Assembly (NCBI GenBank): GCA_965217895.1
Contig: CBDCJV010000002.1
Span: forward strand, 1,568,001 to 1,632,000
DNA: 64,000 nucleotides
Source of the DNA: Waterburya sp.
GTDB taxonomy: Bacteria; Cyanobacteriota; Cyanobacteriia; Cyanobacteriales; Xenococcaceae
Direction of reading: 5' to 3'
Below, one piece after another: positions 42,943 through 53,146 of the stretch. Below the pieces are notes generated by a model that saw nothing but the letters and a program-made list of their open reading frames with translations, made no database searches and was not told the origin of the DNA. A program made the position numbers and the translations under genes. Numbering within the stretch: position 1 is the first letter of the stretch; each line of letters opens with the position of its first letter.

Positions 42943-45900
42943 TCAGGGAATTAGCTTATTTGTTAAAGCTACGGCACTGCTGATAATTTTTGCCAAAGCT
43001 GAGGGGGCTTCTAGAGGGAGATTGTGACCACCAGAAACTACAACTTTGGTAGCATTGGGCATAGCTTCGTGCTGTTGGTTTAAGTCTTCTATGCGGTTAA
43101 AGCTACTTTTGTCACCGTAAACCAGCGTAATCGGTACTTTGATTTTTTTCAACAGCTTTAGATAGCGCGATCGCCCGATCCCATTTAAGCTAATACCAGC
43201 CCTAGTCCGCAATAAGGGTTCCCAACGCCATCTTACCCCGCCTTCACAAGGTTCGGTAATTCTTTCGGCTAAGATCATTGCCAAAGAATGAGTAATAGCT
43301 GGAGTGGCTTTTCTCAAACGTTTGGCTGCTGCTTCAACATTAGGAAACACTGGATGTTCTGGAGGTGCAGCCATAGAGTCTAGCTGATTAGTTAAGCTAG
43401 CTGTAGGATCATCATCTTCGTTGGCTGTAGGTAATATTGTTTCAACTAGCACAATATTTTTGATCCTTTGGGGTCTAATAGTGGCAAATATAGCTCCTAA
43501 GACCGAACCTAGAGAATGCCCCACCAAAATAAAGGCTCTACCTGCTAAATTTTCGACAACAGCGTCAATATCTCCCAAAAAGTCAATCAGATTATAAGAT
43601 CCGCCCTTGCCAACGCGATCGCTTCTGCCATGTCCTCGTAAATCTGGGGCAATTACCCGATAGCCTTTTTGCGCCAAGCGAATTGCTACTTCTGACCAAG
43701 CTGCACCCTGTTCTAAAATACCGTGTAGGCAAAGAACCAAAGGTCCTTCTTCTGGCCCCCAGGTACAGAGACATATTTTTAAGCCTCTAATAGTGATCAG
43801 AGTTTCCTCCATCAATAAATCTACTACGTCAGCATTCGCTTCTTGAGGCAGTTCGTATTTGAGTTGCTTGGCAAGTTGCCCTGAGTATGTACCTAACATA
43901 GAAGGCAATTTTATTTCTCGCCAAGTTTCGGCTAGTTCGGCATCAATCTTTTGGTGATTGAGAAAATTAGGATCGCCCAAAGACATTGCGGTATCGTTAA
44001 CTCCATCGGTCAGGCGATCGCCTTGGTAAGGAGTTAATACAGCCTCATGATAGGGAACTTCTAAGAAATTACAAATCTGGGTCATCACTGCTTGAGGCTT
44101 GCTTACCAAGTCTTCGTAATAGACTAAATGGTATCGTTCAGGGTCAATATCTTGGGCAAAGTCGAGGATATTTTGATTACTGTCGCGCCAAATTAATTCC
44201 GCAAGCTGATAGGCATCCCCATCGACCGCTCCCACCAGCTTATCCATCCGCATTCGTGCAAAGGATTCTATAACTGCGTAGGGATGACGGACTAAATGGA
44301 TATACTTGGCATTGTTAAAGATAGTTTCTGCTTTGGCTAAAGTCTCTCGGTTGCTGGCGTAGGTAGGAGATTTATCAATCAAAAGGCGATCGCCTGCTAG
44401 CTGCTGAAGCATCTGATAAGCCTCTGCTACAGAAAGATTTTCTTGGGTTAATTCTGCGACTAATGCTTGGCTTTCGGCTGCACTAATACCTTTAAGTGCC
44501 ATAAAGGCGCGTTTTAGTCCTTCCCCTAGTTGAGAAACTCCCAATTGCGCTTCTCTCTCTGCCATGTTTTCAAAAGGAAGTAAATGCAGTTCTGGAGGAG
44601 AAAATAATCCAGAATGTCCTGCTAACATGACTCTTAACAAAGTTGAACCAGAACGAGGACTAGAGAGGATAAAGGCCGCAGGGGGTAATTTAGCTTTTAA
44701 GAGATTTAATTTTGGTTGCGAACGAACTTCACTAGTTGGCTTAACTTCTTCCTCATGGGTTTTAGTAAATTCCCCAGCTAAATATTCAGCTAGATCGACA
44801 ATTTGGGGGCGTTCATAAAATTCTCTAGGATAGAGAATCAACCGTAAGTCGGTTTTTAACTGGTTGATAGCTTCCATCACCATCAATGAATCCATGCCAA
44901 TATCCAGCAGACTTGAGTTAACAGAAAGATCATCTGCCTCAATCTGAAGTATTTCGGCGAGAGCCTTTTGCAAATATTGAGTTAAATATTCTGGTCGTAG
45001 ATCGGCTTTGGTTGCCAACAATTCTGGGAAAATCAGGTTATCTGCTGGCTGATTATTATCCTTGGACTGACTAACTAATTGCGAAAAATAATTGGACTCA
45101 TTTAAATGAGCGAACTTTTGACTTAACTGCTGCCAATCTGCGCTGATAACACCCACCTGAGTTAACTCAGTAGTTAATAACTCTTCTAAAGCTGCTAATC
45201 CCGCCTGAGGATTAATCAAATCCAAGCCTTTAATCTCAACTCCTTGCTTAACCGCCATTCCGCTTTCTCCCCAAGCACCCCAATTGATGCTCAAAGCTGG
45301 TAAATTCTGACTTTGACGATAACGAGCGATCGCATCTAAGCCTGCGTTTGCCACAGTATAATTACCTTGTCCTGGTGAACCAATCAAAGAAGCAACAGAA
45401 GAGAATAAAACCAAGAAATCTAGCTCAATATCTTTGGTACAGCGATGTAGATTCCAAGCACCAGTAACTTTGGGCGCAATTACCCTATCAAATCTTGCCC
45501 AAGTTTGTCCTTGTAACAAGCCATCATCTAATATTCCCGCAGCGTGAATTACACCCTTTATTGACGACTGAGAAAAAATGTCTTTTAGTGCCTTATAGTC
45601 TGTAATATCAACCTGGACAACATTAACCTTAACCCCCTGTTTCTCTAATTCACTTATTTCCTGTTGAGCAAATTCTGATGGTTTGCTTCTACCGATTAGT
45701 AATAGATTTTTCGCTCCTTTATCTACTAGCCACTGAGCAACCTGTAATCCTAATGAACCCAAACCGCCTGTAATTAAATAAGCAGCGTCATCTTTAATTT
45801 CTAAAGTTTGCGTCGGTTTAATATTTGCTGTTTTACTTAGACGGGGTACATAAATATTTTCTTGTCGTAAAGCCAAACGATCTTCTTTATTCTTATTAGT

Positions 45901-48900
45901 AATAACCGCAAGCAAACTATCAACTTCATGAGCTTCAGGTTCGATAGCCAAGTCAACAATTCCACCCCAATATTCAGGATGTTCTATAGCGATCGCATTA
46001 GCCAATCCCCAAAGACAGCTTGATGCCAAGGCGTTACTTTGGATATTATTAGCAATATTTTGATTTCCTCTAGTAGCTAACCAAATAGGTGCAATAATCG
46101 AGTTTTGACTCAAAGCCTGAAGTAAATTTAAAATATTAGTACAGTGCTGCTGTTGATAATTATTAATTTCCTTAATAGTTGACAACTCAGGATTATCTAA
46201 GCCTGTCAAATAAATAATTCCTGCTAGTTCTTGATACTGTGTAAATAGCTGAGTAAGATTATCAGAATCGAGATGGCGATCGCTAATTAAAATACTATTT
46301 TGTTTTAACTGTGCTGCTGTTTTTGCACCTAAACCATTTGTATCTGCAAAAATTAACCAAGGTTGATTGCTTTCTTGAGCAATAACTTTGGTATTTAAAC
46401 TATTTTCATAAACTTGCCAATCTATCTGATAAAAATCAGGCTGCTTAGACTTAGACTTATCTCTAGATGGTAAAAATACCTCGACTTTACTATTAGCAGA
46501 TGTTGCTTTTTTCGTTAACCAATAGCTCTGTCTTTGGAAAGGATAAGTAGGTAAGCTAACTTTTTGTCTGCTATTTCCCCGCTCAAAACTGTGCCAGTCT
46601 ATCTCTATTCCTTTGACATATAAAGAACCTAAACTTTGTAGTATTTGCTGCCAATCTTCTTTGCGTGGACGTAAACTAGGCAACCAAAAAGTTTCAGTTT
46701 GACCCTGAGTTGATACTGAACGCCCCATTCCCAATAAGATAGGTTTTGAGCCAATTTCTAAAAAGATATTACATTCTTGCTGCAATATTTCCATTCCCTC
46801 AGCAAACCTTACTGGTGCGAGTATATGATCTATCCAGTATTGCGCCGTAGAAATTTCCGCTGTTGCTGCTTTGCCTGTAATATTAGAAATTAATTTAGTG
46901 TGAGGCAGATGATATTCAATCGACTCAGCAACCTTAGCAAAATTTTCTAAGATAGGATTCATTAAGGGCGAATGAAAAGCATGAGAAACTTTTAATTGCT
47001 TGCTCTTGATCCCTTGGGTATTAAATTTACTAATTATTGAGCGTATTGCGGTTTCTTCACCAGAAATAACAACGCTTTGATGGCTATTAATAGCTGCGAT
47101 CGCAACTTGCTCTCGAAAGGATTTGATTACTGATTTAACCGTAGTCTCATCAGCAAAAACTGCATACATCTCCCCGACTTGGGATAAGCTTTGCATTAAT
47201 TTACCCCGCGTAGCCAACAGCTTGAGTCCATCAGCCAAACTAAATACTCCAGCAACCGTAGCAGCAACGTATTCACCCACGCTATGTCCAAGTAAGGCTG
47301 ATGGTTTAATTCTCCAGTCCATCCACATCTGCGTCAAGGCGTATTCTATGGCAAAAATTGCTGGCTGAGTATAAACAGTTTCGTTAAGTAAGGATGAGGG
47401 ATGTTCGGGATATAAGACTTCAAGTAGAGGTTTTTCTAGATAGGAATCAAGAATTTCGGCACATCGATTGAGGGCTTTTTTGAATACTGGTTGGGTCTGA
47501 TATAGCTGATAACCCATGTTCACATATTGCGAACCTTGTCCTGTAAATAGAAAAGCTACCTGATTTTGATTGCTATTGCTGGTTTCACCGTAAGCAATAC
47601 CTTTAAATTGTCCTGCGGTAAAGTTAGCTAATTTATCCTGAAGCTGAGTTTTAGATTTGACAGCGATCGCCAAACGATGATTAAAATGGCTACGTCCATT
47701 ATTAGCAGTATGGCAAATATCAGCCAAAGCTATATCAGGGTTTTCTACTAGATAATCTTTATAACTTAAAACTAGATCGTTTAAAGCAGATTTGCTTTTT
47801 GCTGAAAGGGTTAATAGATGTAAAGTACGTTCAGATAATATTTCTTTCTCTCTATTCCCCACGTCCTCTAAGTCATTATCTTTTTTACTGACATCAAGTA
47901 CATCTCCTACAATTAGATGGGCATTTGTGCCACCAAAGCCAAAAGAGCTTACTCCAGCATATTTTGTGTCGCCCGAAGTTATCCACGGCTGTAACTGCTG
48001 AGGAATAGTCATGCCTGTATCAGCTAAATCTATTAAAGGATTTAGCTGCTTAAAGTGGAGATTAGGGGGAATAGCATGATGTTGCAGACAAAGTACTGTC
48101 TTAATCAAGCTAGCAATTCCTGCTGCTGATTCTAAATGTCCAATATTGGTTTTGAGTGAACCAAGATAACAAGATCGATCCTTTTCTTGACCTAAGACAG
48201 CCTTGAGAGAATTAACCTCAATCGGATCGCCCAAAGATGTCCCTGTACCGTGAGACTCCACATAGCTAATCTCGGCAGGGGAAACATTAGCATTAGCCAA
48301 AGCCTGACGAATTACCGCCTGTTGAGATAGTCCGTTAGGGGCGGTCAAACCATTGCTACGTCCATCCTGGTTAATAGCCGAACCCTTGATAACTGCTAAA
48401 ATGCGATCGCCATCTCGTTGAGCATCTGCTAACCGCTTAAGAATAACTACGCCACAGCCTTCACCACGCACATAGCCATCCGCGTCCGCATCAAAGGTTT
48501 TACAGCGTCCATCTTCTGCCATCATGCCAGCGACCGTAAAGGTTTGAGTCAGTTCAGGAGATAGCATCAAGTTAACTCCGCCTGCGATCGCCAGATTGCA
48601 TTCTCCTGTTTTTAAGCTTTGACTAGCAAGATGGAGCGCTACTAGAGACGAAGAACAAGCCGTATCTACCGCCATCGAAGGCCCTTTTAGGTCAAACAGA
48701 TAGGAAAGACGGTTTGCAGCAATGCTATGGGCATTTCCTGTGCCTACATAGGCATCAACATCTAAGTCGTAATGAAAGCGTAACTGAGAATAATCACTGC
48801 TGCTAATGCCGATAAATACGCCCGTATTGCTACCTGCTAAATTCTTATTGGCGACTCCTGCATCTTCTAAAGCTGACCAGCTAACCTCTAGTAAGAGTCT

Positions 48901-51237
48901 TTGTTGTGGATCGATACTTTGTGCCTCACGGGGAGTAATGCCAAAAAACTGCGGGTCAAACTGGTCTACATTCTCAATAAAGCCACCCCAGCTTGAATCT
49001 GACCAGCGATTGCTTTTGGCGATCGCGTCTTTGCCATCTCGCAACATTTGCCAGAATTGAGCGGGATTATTCGCCCCAGGAAAACGACAGCCAATACCTA
49101 TAATAGCTATTTCAGATTGGGTATTAGATATTCCGTAGGGTCGAACGGCTGTTTGCCCAGTTAAAATCGGGGTTGAAATATTTTCAGTTTGATTATTTGT
49201 TAGATAAACAGCAAGTTCAGCAATATTGGGATAGTCGTAAACAATAGTGGGGGACAGCTTTATATCCAGCCAGTCTTCCAACTCTGCCGATAGGCTAACT
49301 GCTGCAAGTGAACTTAAACCAGAACTGGCAAAGGGTTCATAAATGTCTATCTTTGATGCAGCTATGCCTAATTGCTGTGCCAGATTTTCAATTAACCAAT
49401 TTTGAATTTGATCCTGTTTTCGATCAAACCCCGTAGGGGCGAACGGCTGTTCGCCCCTACCATTATTTGGTTGTGATAAACGACCGTCTTCTGCCAGCGA
49501 TTTATATTCCCCAACAACATCCAAACTGCCATCTAAATATCGAGCTTTACAAGCATGACGCTGTATCTTTCCGCTAGAAGTTTTAGGGATACCGCCTGTT
49601 TTGAGCAATATGATAGCGTGGATTTGTAGTTCATGATTTTGAGCTACTGCTTGCAGAATTGCCTTAGTAACCTCATCTACATCAAGCTTACGCAGATAAG
49701 TCCGTTTAATTTCTGCGGTGACAACTAGCTTTTCTTCTCCTGCAACTTCCACAGCAAAAGCGGCTACATTACCTGCTCGAATTGCTTCATGGGCAAGATC
49801 TAAAGTTAGTTCAATGTCTTGAGGATAATAATTGCGTCCACGAATAATAATTAAATCTTTCAAACGCCCTGTAACAAATAGCTCTCCTGCTTGTAAAAAG
49901 CCTAAATCTCCTGTACGTAACCATCCTGATTCTTGAGTGTCGGCTAATACTGCATTAAAGCTAGTAGCTGTAAGTTCATCTAGACCCCAGTAGCCTTGGG
50001 CTATACTATCGCTTTTTGCCCAAATTTCTCCAATTTCGACCTCTGAACATTTTGTTAGAGTCTGGGGATTAACAATAACCAGTCTTTGTCCTGGAAGATT
50101 GCGCCCACTACTAACCAAAGTAGTTTTATTTTCTGCATTGCTAGTAGCAACGGCGAGGTTTTCTTCAAGTTTTTGAGTGTCAAAGCTGGCGGTAACTGGC
50201 TTTTGATGCTTATCTCCTGCTGTAATCAGGAGAGTAGATTCTGCCATGCCATAGCTAGGATAAAAAGCTGCCGTGCGAAAACCACAGTCGCGAAAGTATT
50301 CACTAAAACGCTCAATAGTTTCGGCTCTGACTGGCTCTGCACCTGAAAAAGCTAGTTCCCAGCAACTTAAATCTAGGTTGGCTTTTTGTTCGGCAGTAAT
50401 GCGATCGACACAAAGATCGTAGGCAAAATTAGGCCCTCCATTAGTTACCCCTCTATAACGAGAAATTGCCTGTAACCAACGGTAAGGACGCTGTAAAAAG
50501 GTTACAGGAGCCATTAAATACATCGATAACCCAACATACATTGGTTGGACAATACAGCCAATTAAACCCAAGTCATGGTATGGAGGCAGCCAAGAAACGG
50601 CAGTGTGTTTCCGTTCATTTTGGAAACAATGATTGATTGTGGCGGAGTTAGCCATTAAATTGCCATGACTGACCATCACGCCCTTAGGTCTACCTGTTGA
50701 ACCACTGGTATATTGCAAAAAAGCTAAATTTTTTGGGGTGATCTCTGGATGCTGCCAAGCTGAAGATAGATTAAGTTCAAAAGTATCAGTGGCGATAAAT
50801 CTTACTTTTGAACTAGCATTGTGATTAGCAAACTTGCTAGCAACTTGCTCCCGAATCAATTTGGTCGTTAAAGCAAAACTTGCCTCCGCATCGGTAACGA
50901 TCGCTATTAAACGTTCAAGCGAACGATTGGCACGGGGTGGATAAACGGGAACAGCTACCACTCCCGCGTATAAGCAACCCAAGAAAGCCGTAATAAAATC
51001 TAATCCTGGCTGGTATAGCAACAATGCTCTTTGCCCCTGAGCATTATGGCTTTGCAACACAGAAGCGATCGCCTTAGCTTTTTCATTCAATTGTTGATAT
51101 GTGAGACTATCTATTTCAGTCTCACCATCGGCTAAAAAAGTAAACGCCCTTTTATTAGGCTGAATACTCGCTTGTTCTTGTAATCGTTGTACCAGGGTTA
51201 TTTGCTTGCTCAATCGTTTCCTCTCTTTGCCACCCAC
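42943..51237 (-). CDS. ols: Olefin synthase, type I PKS FAAL-ACP-KS-AT-KR-ACP-sulfotransferase-thioesterase (1-alkene synthesis)
   Basis: QYTSGSTG; GLSSL ACP; DTACSSS and HGTGT KS; GHSVG and HAFH AT; GGLGSLG KR; GMDSL ACP; SPRSGSTL ST; GHSLG TE. Confidence 0.95.
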   Translation of the reverse strand: MGGKERKRLSKQITLVQRLQEQASIQPNKRAFTFLADGETEIDSLTYQQLNEKAKAIASVLQSHNAQGQRALLLYQPGLDFITAFLGCLYAGVVAVPVYPPRANRSLERLIAIVTDAEASFALTTKLIREQVASKFANHNASSKVRFIATDTFELNLSSAWQHPEITPKNLAFLQYTSGSTGRPKGVMVSHGNLMANSATINHCFQNERKHTAVSWLPPYHDLGLIGCIVQPMYVGLSMYLMAPVTFLQRPYRWLQAISRYRGVTNGGPNFAYDLCVDRITAEQKANLDLSCWELAFSGAEPVRAETIERFSEYFRDCGFRTAAFYPSYGMAESTLLITAGDKHQKPVTASFDTQKLEENLAVATSNAENKTTLVSSGRNLPGQRLVIVNPQTLTKCSEVEIGEIWAKSDSIAQGYWGLDELTATSFNAVLADTQESGWLRTGDLGFLQAGELFVTGRLKDLIIIRGRNYYPQDIELTLDLAHEAIRAGNVAAFAVEVAGEEKLVVTAEIKRTYLRKLDVDEVTKAILQAVAQNHELQIHAIILLKTGGIPKTSSGKIQRHACKARYLDGSLDVVGEYKSLAEDGRLSQPNNGRGEQPFAPTGFDRKQDQIQNWLIENLAQQLGIAASKIDIYEPFASSGLSSLAAVSLSAELEDWLDIKLSPTIVYDYPNIAELAVYLTNNQTENISTPILTGQTAVRPYGISNTQSEIAIIGIGCRFPGANNPAQFWQMLRDGKDAIAKSNRWSDSSWGGFIENVDQFDPQFFGITPREAQSIDPQQRLLLEVSWSALEDAGVANKNLAGSNTGVFIGISSSDYSQLRFHYDLDVDAYVGTGNAHSIAANRLSYLFDLKGPSMAVDTACSSSLVALHLASQSLKTGECNLAIAGGVNLMLSPELTQTFTVAGMMAEDGRCKTFDADADGYVRGEGCGVVILKRLADAQRDGDRILAVIKGSAINQDGRSNGLTAPNGLSQQAVIRQALANANVSPAEISYVESHGTGTSLGDPIEVNSLKAVLGQEKDRSCYLGSLKTNIGHLESAAGIASLIKTVLCLQHHAIPPNLHFKQLNPLIDLADTGMTIPQQLQPWITSGDTKYAGVSSFGFGGTNAHLIVGDVLDVSKKDNDLEDVGNREKEILSERTLHLLTLSAKSKSALNDLVLSYKDYLVENPDIALADICHTANNGRSHFNHRLAIAVKSKTQLQDKLANFTAGQFKGIAYGETSNSNQNQVAFLFTGQGSQYVNMGYQLYQTQPVFKKALNRCAEILDSYLEKPLLEVLYPEHPSSLLNETVYTQPAIFAIEYALTQMWMDWRIKPSALLGHSVGEYVAATVAGVFSLADGLKLLATRGKLMQSLSQVGEMYAVFADETTVKSVIKSFREQVAIAAINSHQSVVISGEETAIRSIISKFNTQGIKSKQLKVSHAFHSPLMNPILENFAKVAESIEYHLPHTKLISNITGKAATAEISTAQYWIDHILAPVRFAEGMEILQQECNIFLEIGSKPILLGMGRSVSTQGQTETFWLPSLRPRKEDWQQILQSLGSLYVKGIEIDWHSFERGNSRQKVSLPTYPFQRQSYWLTKKATSANSKVEVFLPSRDKSKSKQPDFYQIDWQVYENSLNTKVIAQESNQPWLIFADTNGLGAKTAAQLKQNSILISDRHLDSDNLTQLFTQYQELAGIIYLTGLDNPELSTIKEINNYQQQHCTNILNLLQALSQNSIIAPIWLATRGNQNIANNIQSNALASSCLWGLANAIAIEHPEYWGGIVDLAIEPEAHEVDSLLAVITNKNKEDRLALRQENIYVPRLSKTANIKPTQTLEIKDDAAYLITGGLGSLGLQVAQWLVDKGAKNLLLIGRSKPSEFAQQEISELEKQGVKVNVVQVDITDYKALKDIFSQSSIKGVIHAAGILDDGLLQGQTWARFDRVIAPKVTGAWNLHRCTKDIELDFLVLFSSVASLIGSPGQGNYTVANAGLDAIARYRQSQNLPALSINWGAWGESGMAVKQGVEIKGLDLINPQAGLAALEELLTTELTQVGVISADWQQLSQKFAHLNESNYFSQLVSQSKDNNQPADNLIFPELLATKADLRPEYLTQYLQKALAEILQIEADDLSVNSSLLDIGMDSLMVMEAINQLKTDLRLILYPREFYERPQIVDLAEYLAGEFTKTHEEEVKPTSEVRSQPKLNLLKAKLPPAAFILSSPRSGSTLLRVMLAGHSGLFSPPELHLLPFENMAEREAQLGVSQLGEGLKRAFMALKGISAAESQALVAELTQENLSVAEAYQMLQQLAGDRLLIDKSPTYASNRETLAKAETIFNNAKYIHLVRHPYAVIESFARMRMDKLVGAVDGDAYQLAELIWRDSNQNILDFAQDIDPERYHLVYYEDLVSKPQAVMTQICNFLEVPYHEAVLTPYQGDRLTDGVNDTAMSLGDPNFLNHQKIDAELAETWREIKLPSMLGTYSGQLAKQLKYELPQEANADVVDLLMEETLITIRGLKICLCTWGPEEGPLVLCLHGILEQGAAWSEVAIRLAQKGYRVIAPDLRGHGRSDRVGKGGSYNLIDFLGDIDAVVENLAGRAFILVGHSLGSVLGAIFATIRPQRIKNIVLVETILPTANEDDDPTASLTNQLDSMAAPPEHPVFPNVEAAAKRLRKATPAITHSLAMILAERITEPCEGGVRWRWEPLLRTRAGISLNGIGRSRYLKLLKKIKVPITLVYGDKSSFNRIEDLNQQHEAMPNATKVVVSGGHNLPLEAPSALAKIISSAVALTNKLIP
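49135..49460. repeat. Two REP-like palindromes inside ols linkers flanking ACP1 (49135-49161, 49433-49460)
   Basis: GTAGGGTCGAACGGCTGTTTGCCCAGT and GTAGGGGCGAACGGCTGTTCGCCCCTAC. Confidence 0.85.
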
Positions 51238-51371
51238 GAAGCTAGGTATATATCTAGCTTATCCAAAAGCGAGAGATGTTTGTTAATCTCGCTGATGAAT
51301 TAAATATTCTCAGACAAAGAATAACCGATAAAGGTATAAAAACATAGTAAGACTTTAAAGGTTAGTCTTAT

Positions 51372-51550
51372 TTCACGCCAAGACGCAAAGGCGCAGAGAA
51401 AGAACGCAGAAGATTTGAAAAATATAGAGAATAGCGATCGCTTTATTATGTAGAGAGGAGAAAAGCGATCGCGTTTTTGAAGGTAAGGAGCTATTTAGTT
51501 TTTATCTCTCGCACCAGACGCAGAGGCGCAAAGAAAGACACAGAACAGAG
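51372..51550 (+). repeat. Two related ACGCA(A/G)AGGCGCA(G/A)AG repeat units downstream of the GxxExxY gene
   Basis: CGCCAAGACGCAAAGGCGCAGAGAAAGAACGCAGA and CGCACCAGACGCAGAGGCGCAAAGAAAGACACAGA. Confidence 0.7.
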
Positions 51551-51551
51551 A

Positions 51552-51890
51552 TTAAAGGTTATTTGCTATGCGAGTAATACCGTTTTTGATTAAGTCGGTG
51601 TTGAAGTTGATTAATAAACCCAAACGTTTGTTAGTCAGACGGAGATAAGTTAATAGTTGCTTCTTATGAACTGGGGCGATATGTTCTACAGACTTTAACT
51701 CAACAATTACCAGATTTTCTACAATAAAATCTGCCCTAAAACCTTCCCCCAAGTGCATTCCTTCATACACCACAGGAATAGGCTTTTGCCGTTCAAACCT
51801 CAACCCTCGCTTTTGCAACTCATAAGCCATTACCGCTTCATACACCGACTCCAACAAACCTGCACCCAATCTTGTATGGATAGCGATCGC
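51552..51890 (-). pseudogene. GxxExxY (PD-(D/E)XK-like) protein, N-terminally truncated at a HIP1 site
   Basis: AIAIHTRLGAGLLESVYE...RADFIVE...VELKSVE...GLLINF; in-frame TAA two codons upstream of GCGATCGC. Confidence 0.85.
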
Positions 51891-51961
51891 TAATTAAAGA
51901 AAGGTGATTGAATCTTCCCTTTCAACTGACCTTGGGCAATTACCCAATTACCATATGTGCC

Positions 51962-52021
51962 TTTTAACGCTTGAGTTAATCGACTCTGCAAGGCGATGTC
52001 GGCTTGGATGAATTGTTAGAT
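51962..52021 (-). mobile_element. Integron attC site (60 bp, 59-base-element type)
   Basis: ATCTAAC-AATTCATCCAAGCCGAC-ATCGCCTTGCAGA-GTCGATTAACTCAAGC-GTTAAAA. Confidence 0.85.
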
Positions 52022-52332
52022 GCACTCGACGCGCTGCCAGAACGCCAAGTCTTAATCGCAGCAATGACACGCGCCCCGTGCGATGAAGAAAGATCCCGAT
52101 CTTTAAATATCGACTGGCTAGCTATGAGGATCGGCGCACTGTTCTGAATCTGCTGAGCCAGCCAAGTTAGGTAGCTTCTACCAGTCTGACCATACTCCCG
52201 TATCTCTTCAGAGCTAAGTTCGATTAGGAAACTGTAGTCAACCATGCTAAGACTGCAATTTGTATCAAGGAGCAGTGAATCGGCATCGCGAAGCAGAAAC
52301 CATGTATGTGGTTCATGGTCAAGAACATTCAT
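51976..52332 (-). CDS. Hypothetical gene-cassette protein reading into its attC
   Basis: AGGAG RBS; appears GC-richer than flanks; last codons encoded by the attC. Confidence 0.7.
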   Translation of the reverse strand: MNVLDHEPHTWFLLRDADSLLLDTNCSLSMVDYSFLIELSSEEIREYGQTGRSYLTWLAQQIQNSAPILIASQSIFKDRDLSSSHGARVIAAIKTWRSGSASSASNNSSKPTSPCRVD

Positions 52333-52447
52333 TACTGCGCTCCTAATTATTCCACAATAGTTCCATTATCTATTATATGGTTTTGTCAGTCACAATCAGC
52401 ACCAACGGATAACTTTCAGGCTACTATCTTAACCCAGAAACGAAGCC

Positions 52448-52519
52448 AGCTAACGAACAAACTCACCAGCGGTAAGGAAGCGTAGCGGAATTGCCGTCTA
52501 GTGCAGTGTCTTGTTAGCC
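52448..52519 (-). mobile_element. Integron attC site (72 bp)
   Basis: GGCTAAC-AAGACACTGCAC-TAGACGGCAATTCCGCTACGCTTCCTTACCGCTG-GTGAGTTTGTTC-GTTAGCT; the upstream gene's TAA lies in the R'' box. Confidence 0.85.
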
Positions 52520-53146
52520 TGTTTTTCTGCACTCAACCCCAAGACAATTTTCCCATCTGTCTTTGTCTTCTACTGTTTGAAAAAATGGATCAGATGAATC
52601 TCCGAAATAAGCTCTTCTTATTTCAATATAACCCGCATCTTCAAGTTCTCGTGCAATTGACTTGAAATCCCACATCCAAAGGTGCTGCGAATTCCCAAGC
52701 CATGTGCTAAGAATACCTTTTAGCCCCCTCGCTCGTCTTTCATGACCAAGGCAGGTCTCTCCCATAAACTCCAAAGCTGCGCTATTTGAGGGATTATCCT
52801 TATATTTTCTGATTGAATATTCCAAATCTGGCAACACGAAGCGAAACACTCCACTAGCCCTTAAAATTCTTTTTGTTTTACGTAACGCTATTCTAAAATC
52901 ATTAAGAGAAAGATGCTCAAGAACGTGAGAACAATAAACTCCTTCACATGAATCTGGCACTATTGGTAAGCCTTTGACAATATCACCGTACTCCACATTG
53001 TTTGGGAATCGAGATTCATTTTTCGTATACAGACCACCTATGAGTGGTAATCTTTCGAAACGTAGTGCAGGAGAGGCATCGAAATTTCGCCACTGGTTAG
53101 GTGCAGACCATCCACACCCATATTGAACATACTTACTCTCTCTCAT
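52514..53146 (-). CDS. Class I SAM-dependent methyltransferase-domain cassette protein
   Basis: VQYGCG, WRNFD, YCSHVLEHL, RILRASGVFRFVLPDL. Confidence 0.85.
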   Translation of the reverse strand: MRESKYVQYGCGWSAPNQWRNFDASPALRFERLPLIGGLYTKNESRFPNNVEYGDIVKGLPIVPDSCEGVYCSHVLEHLSLNDFRIALRKTKRILRASGVFRFVLPDLEYSIRKYKDNPSNSAALEFMGETCLGHERRARGLKGILSTWLGNSQHLWMWDFKSIARELEDAGYIEIRRAYFGDSSDPFFQTVEDKDRWENCLGVECRKTG

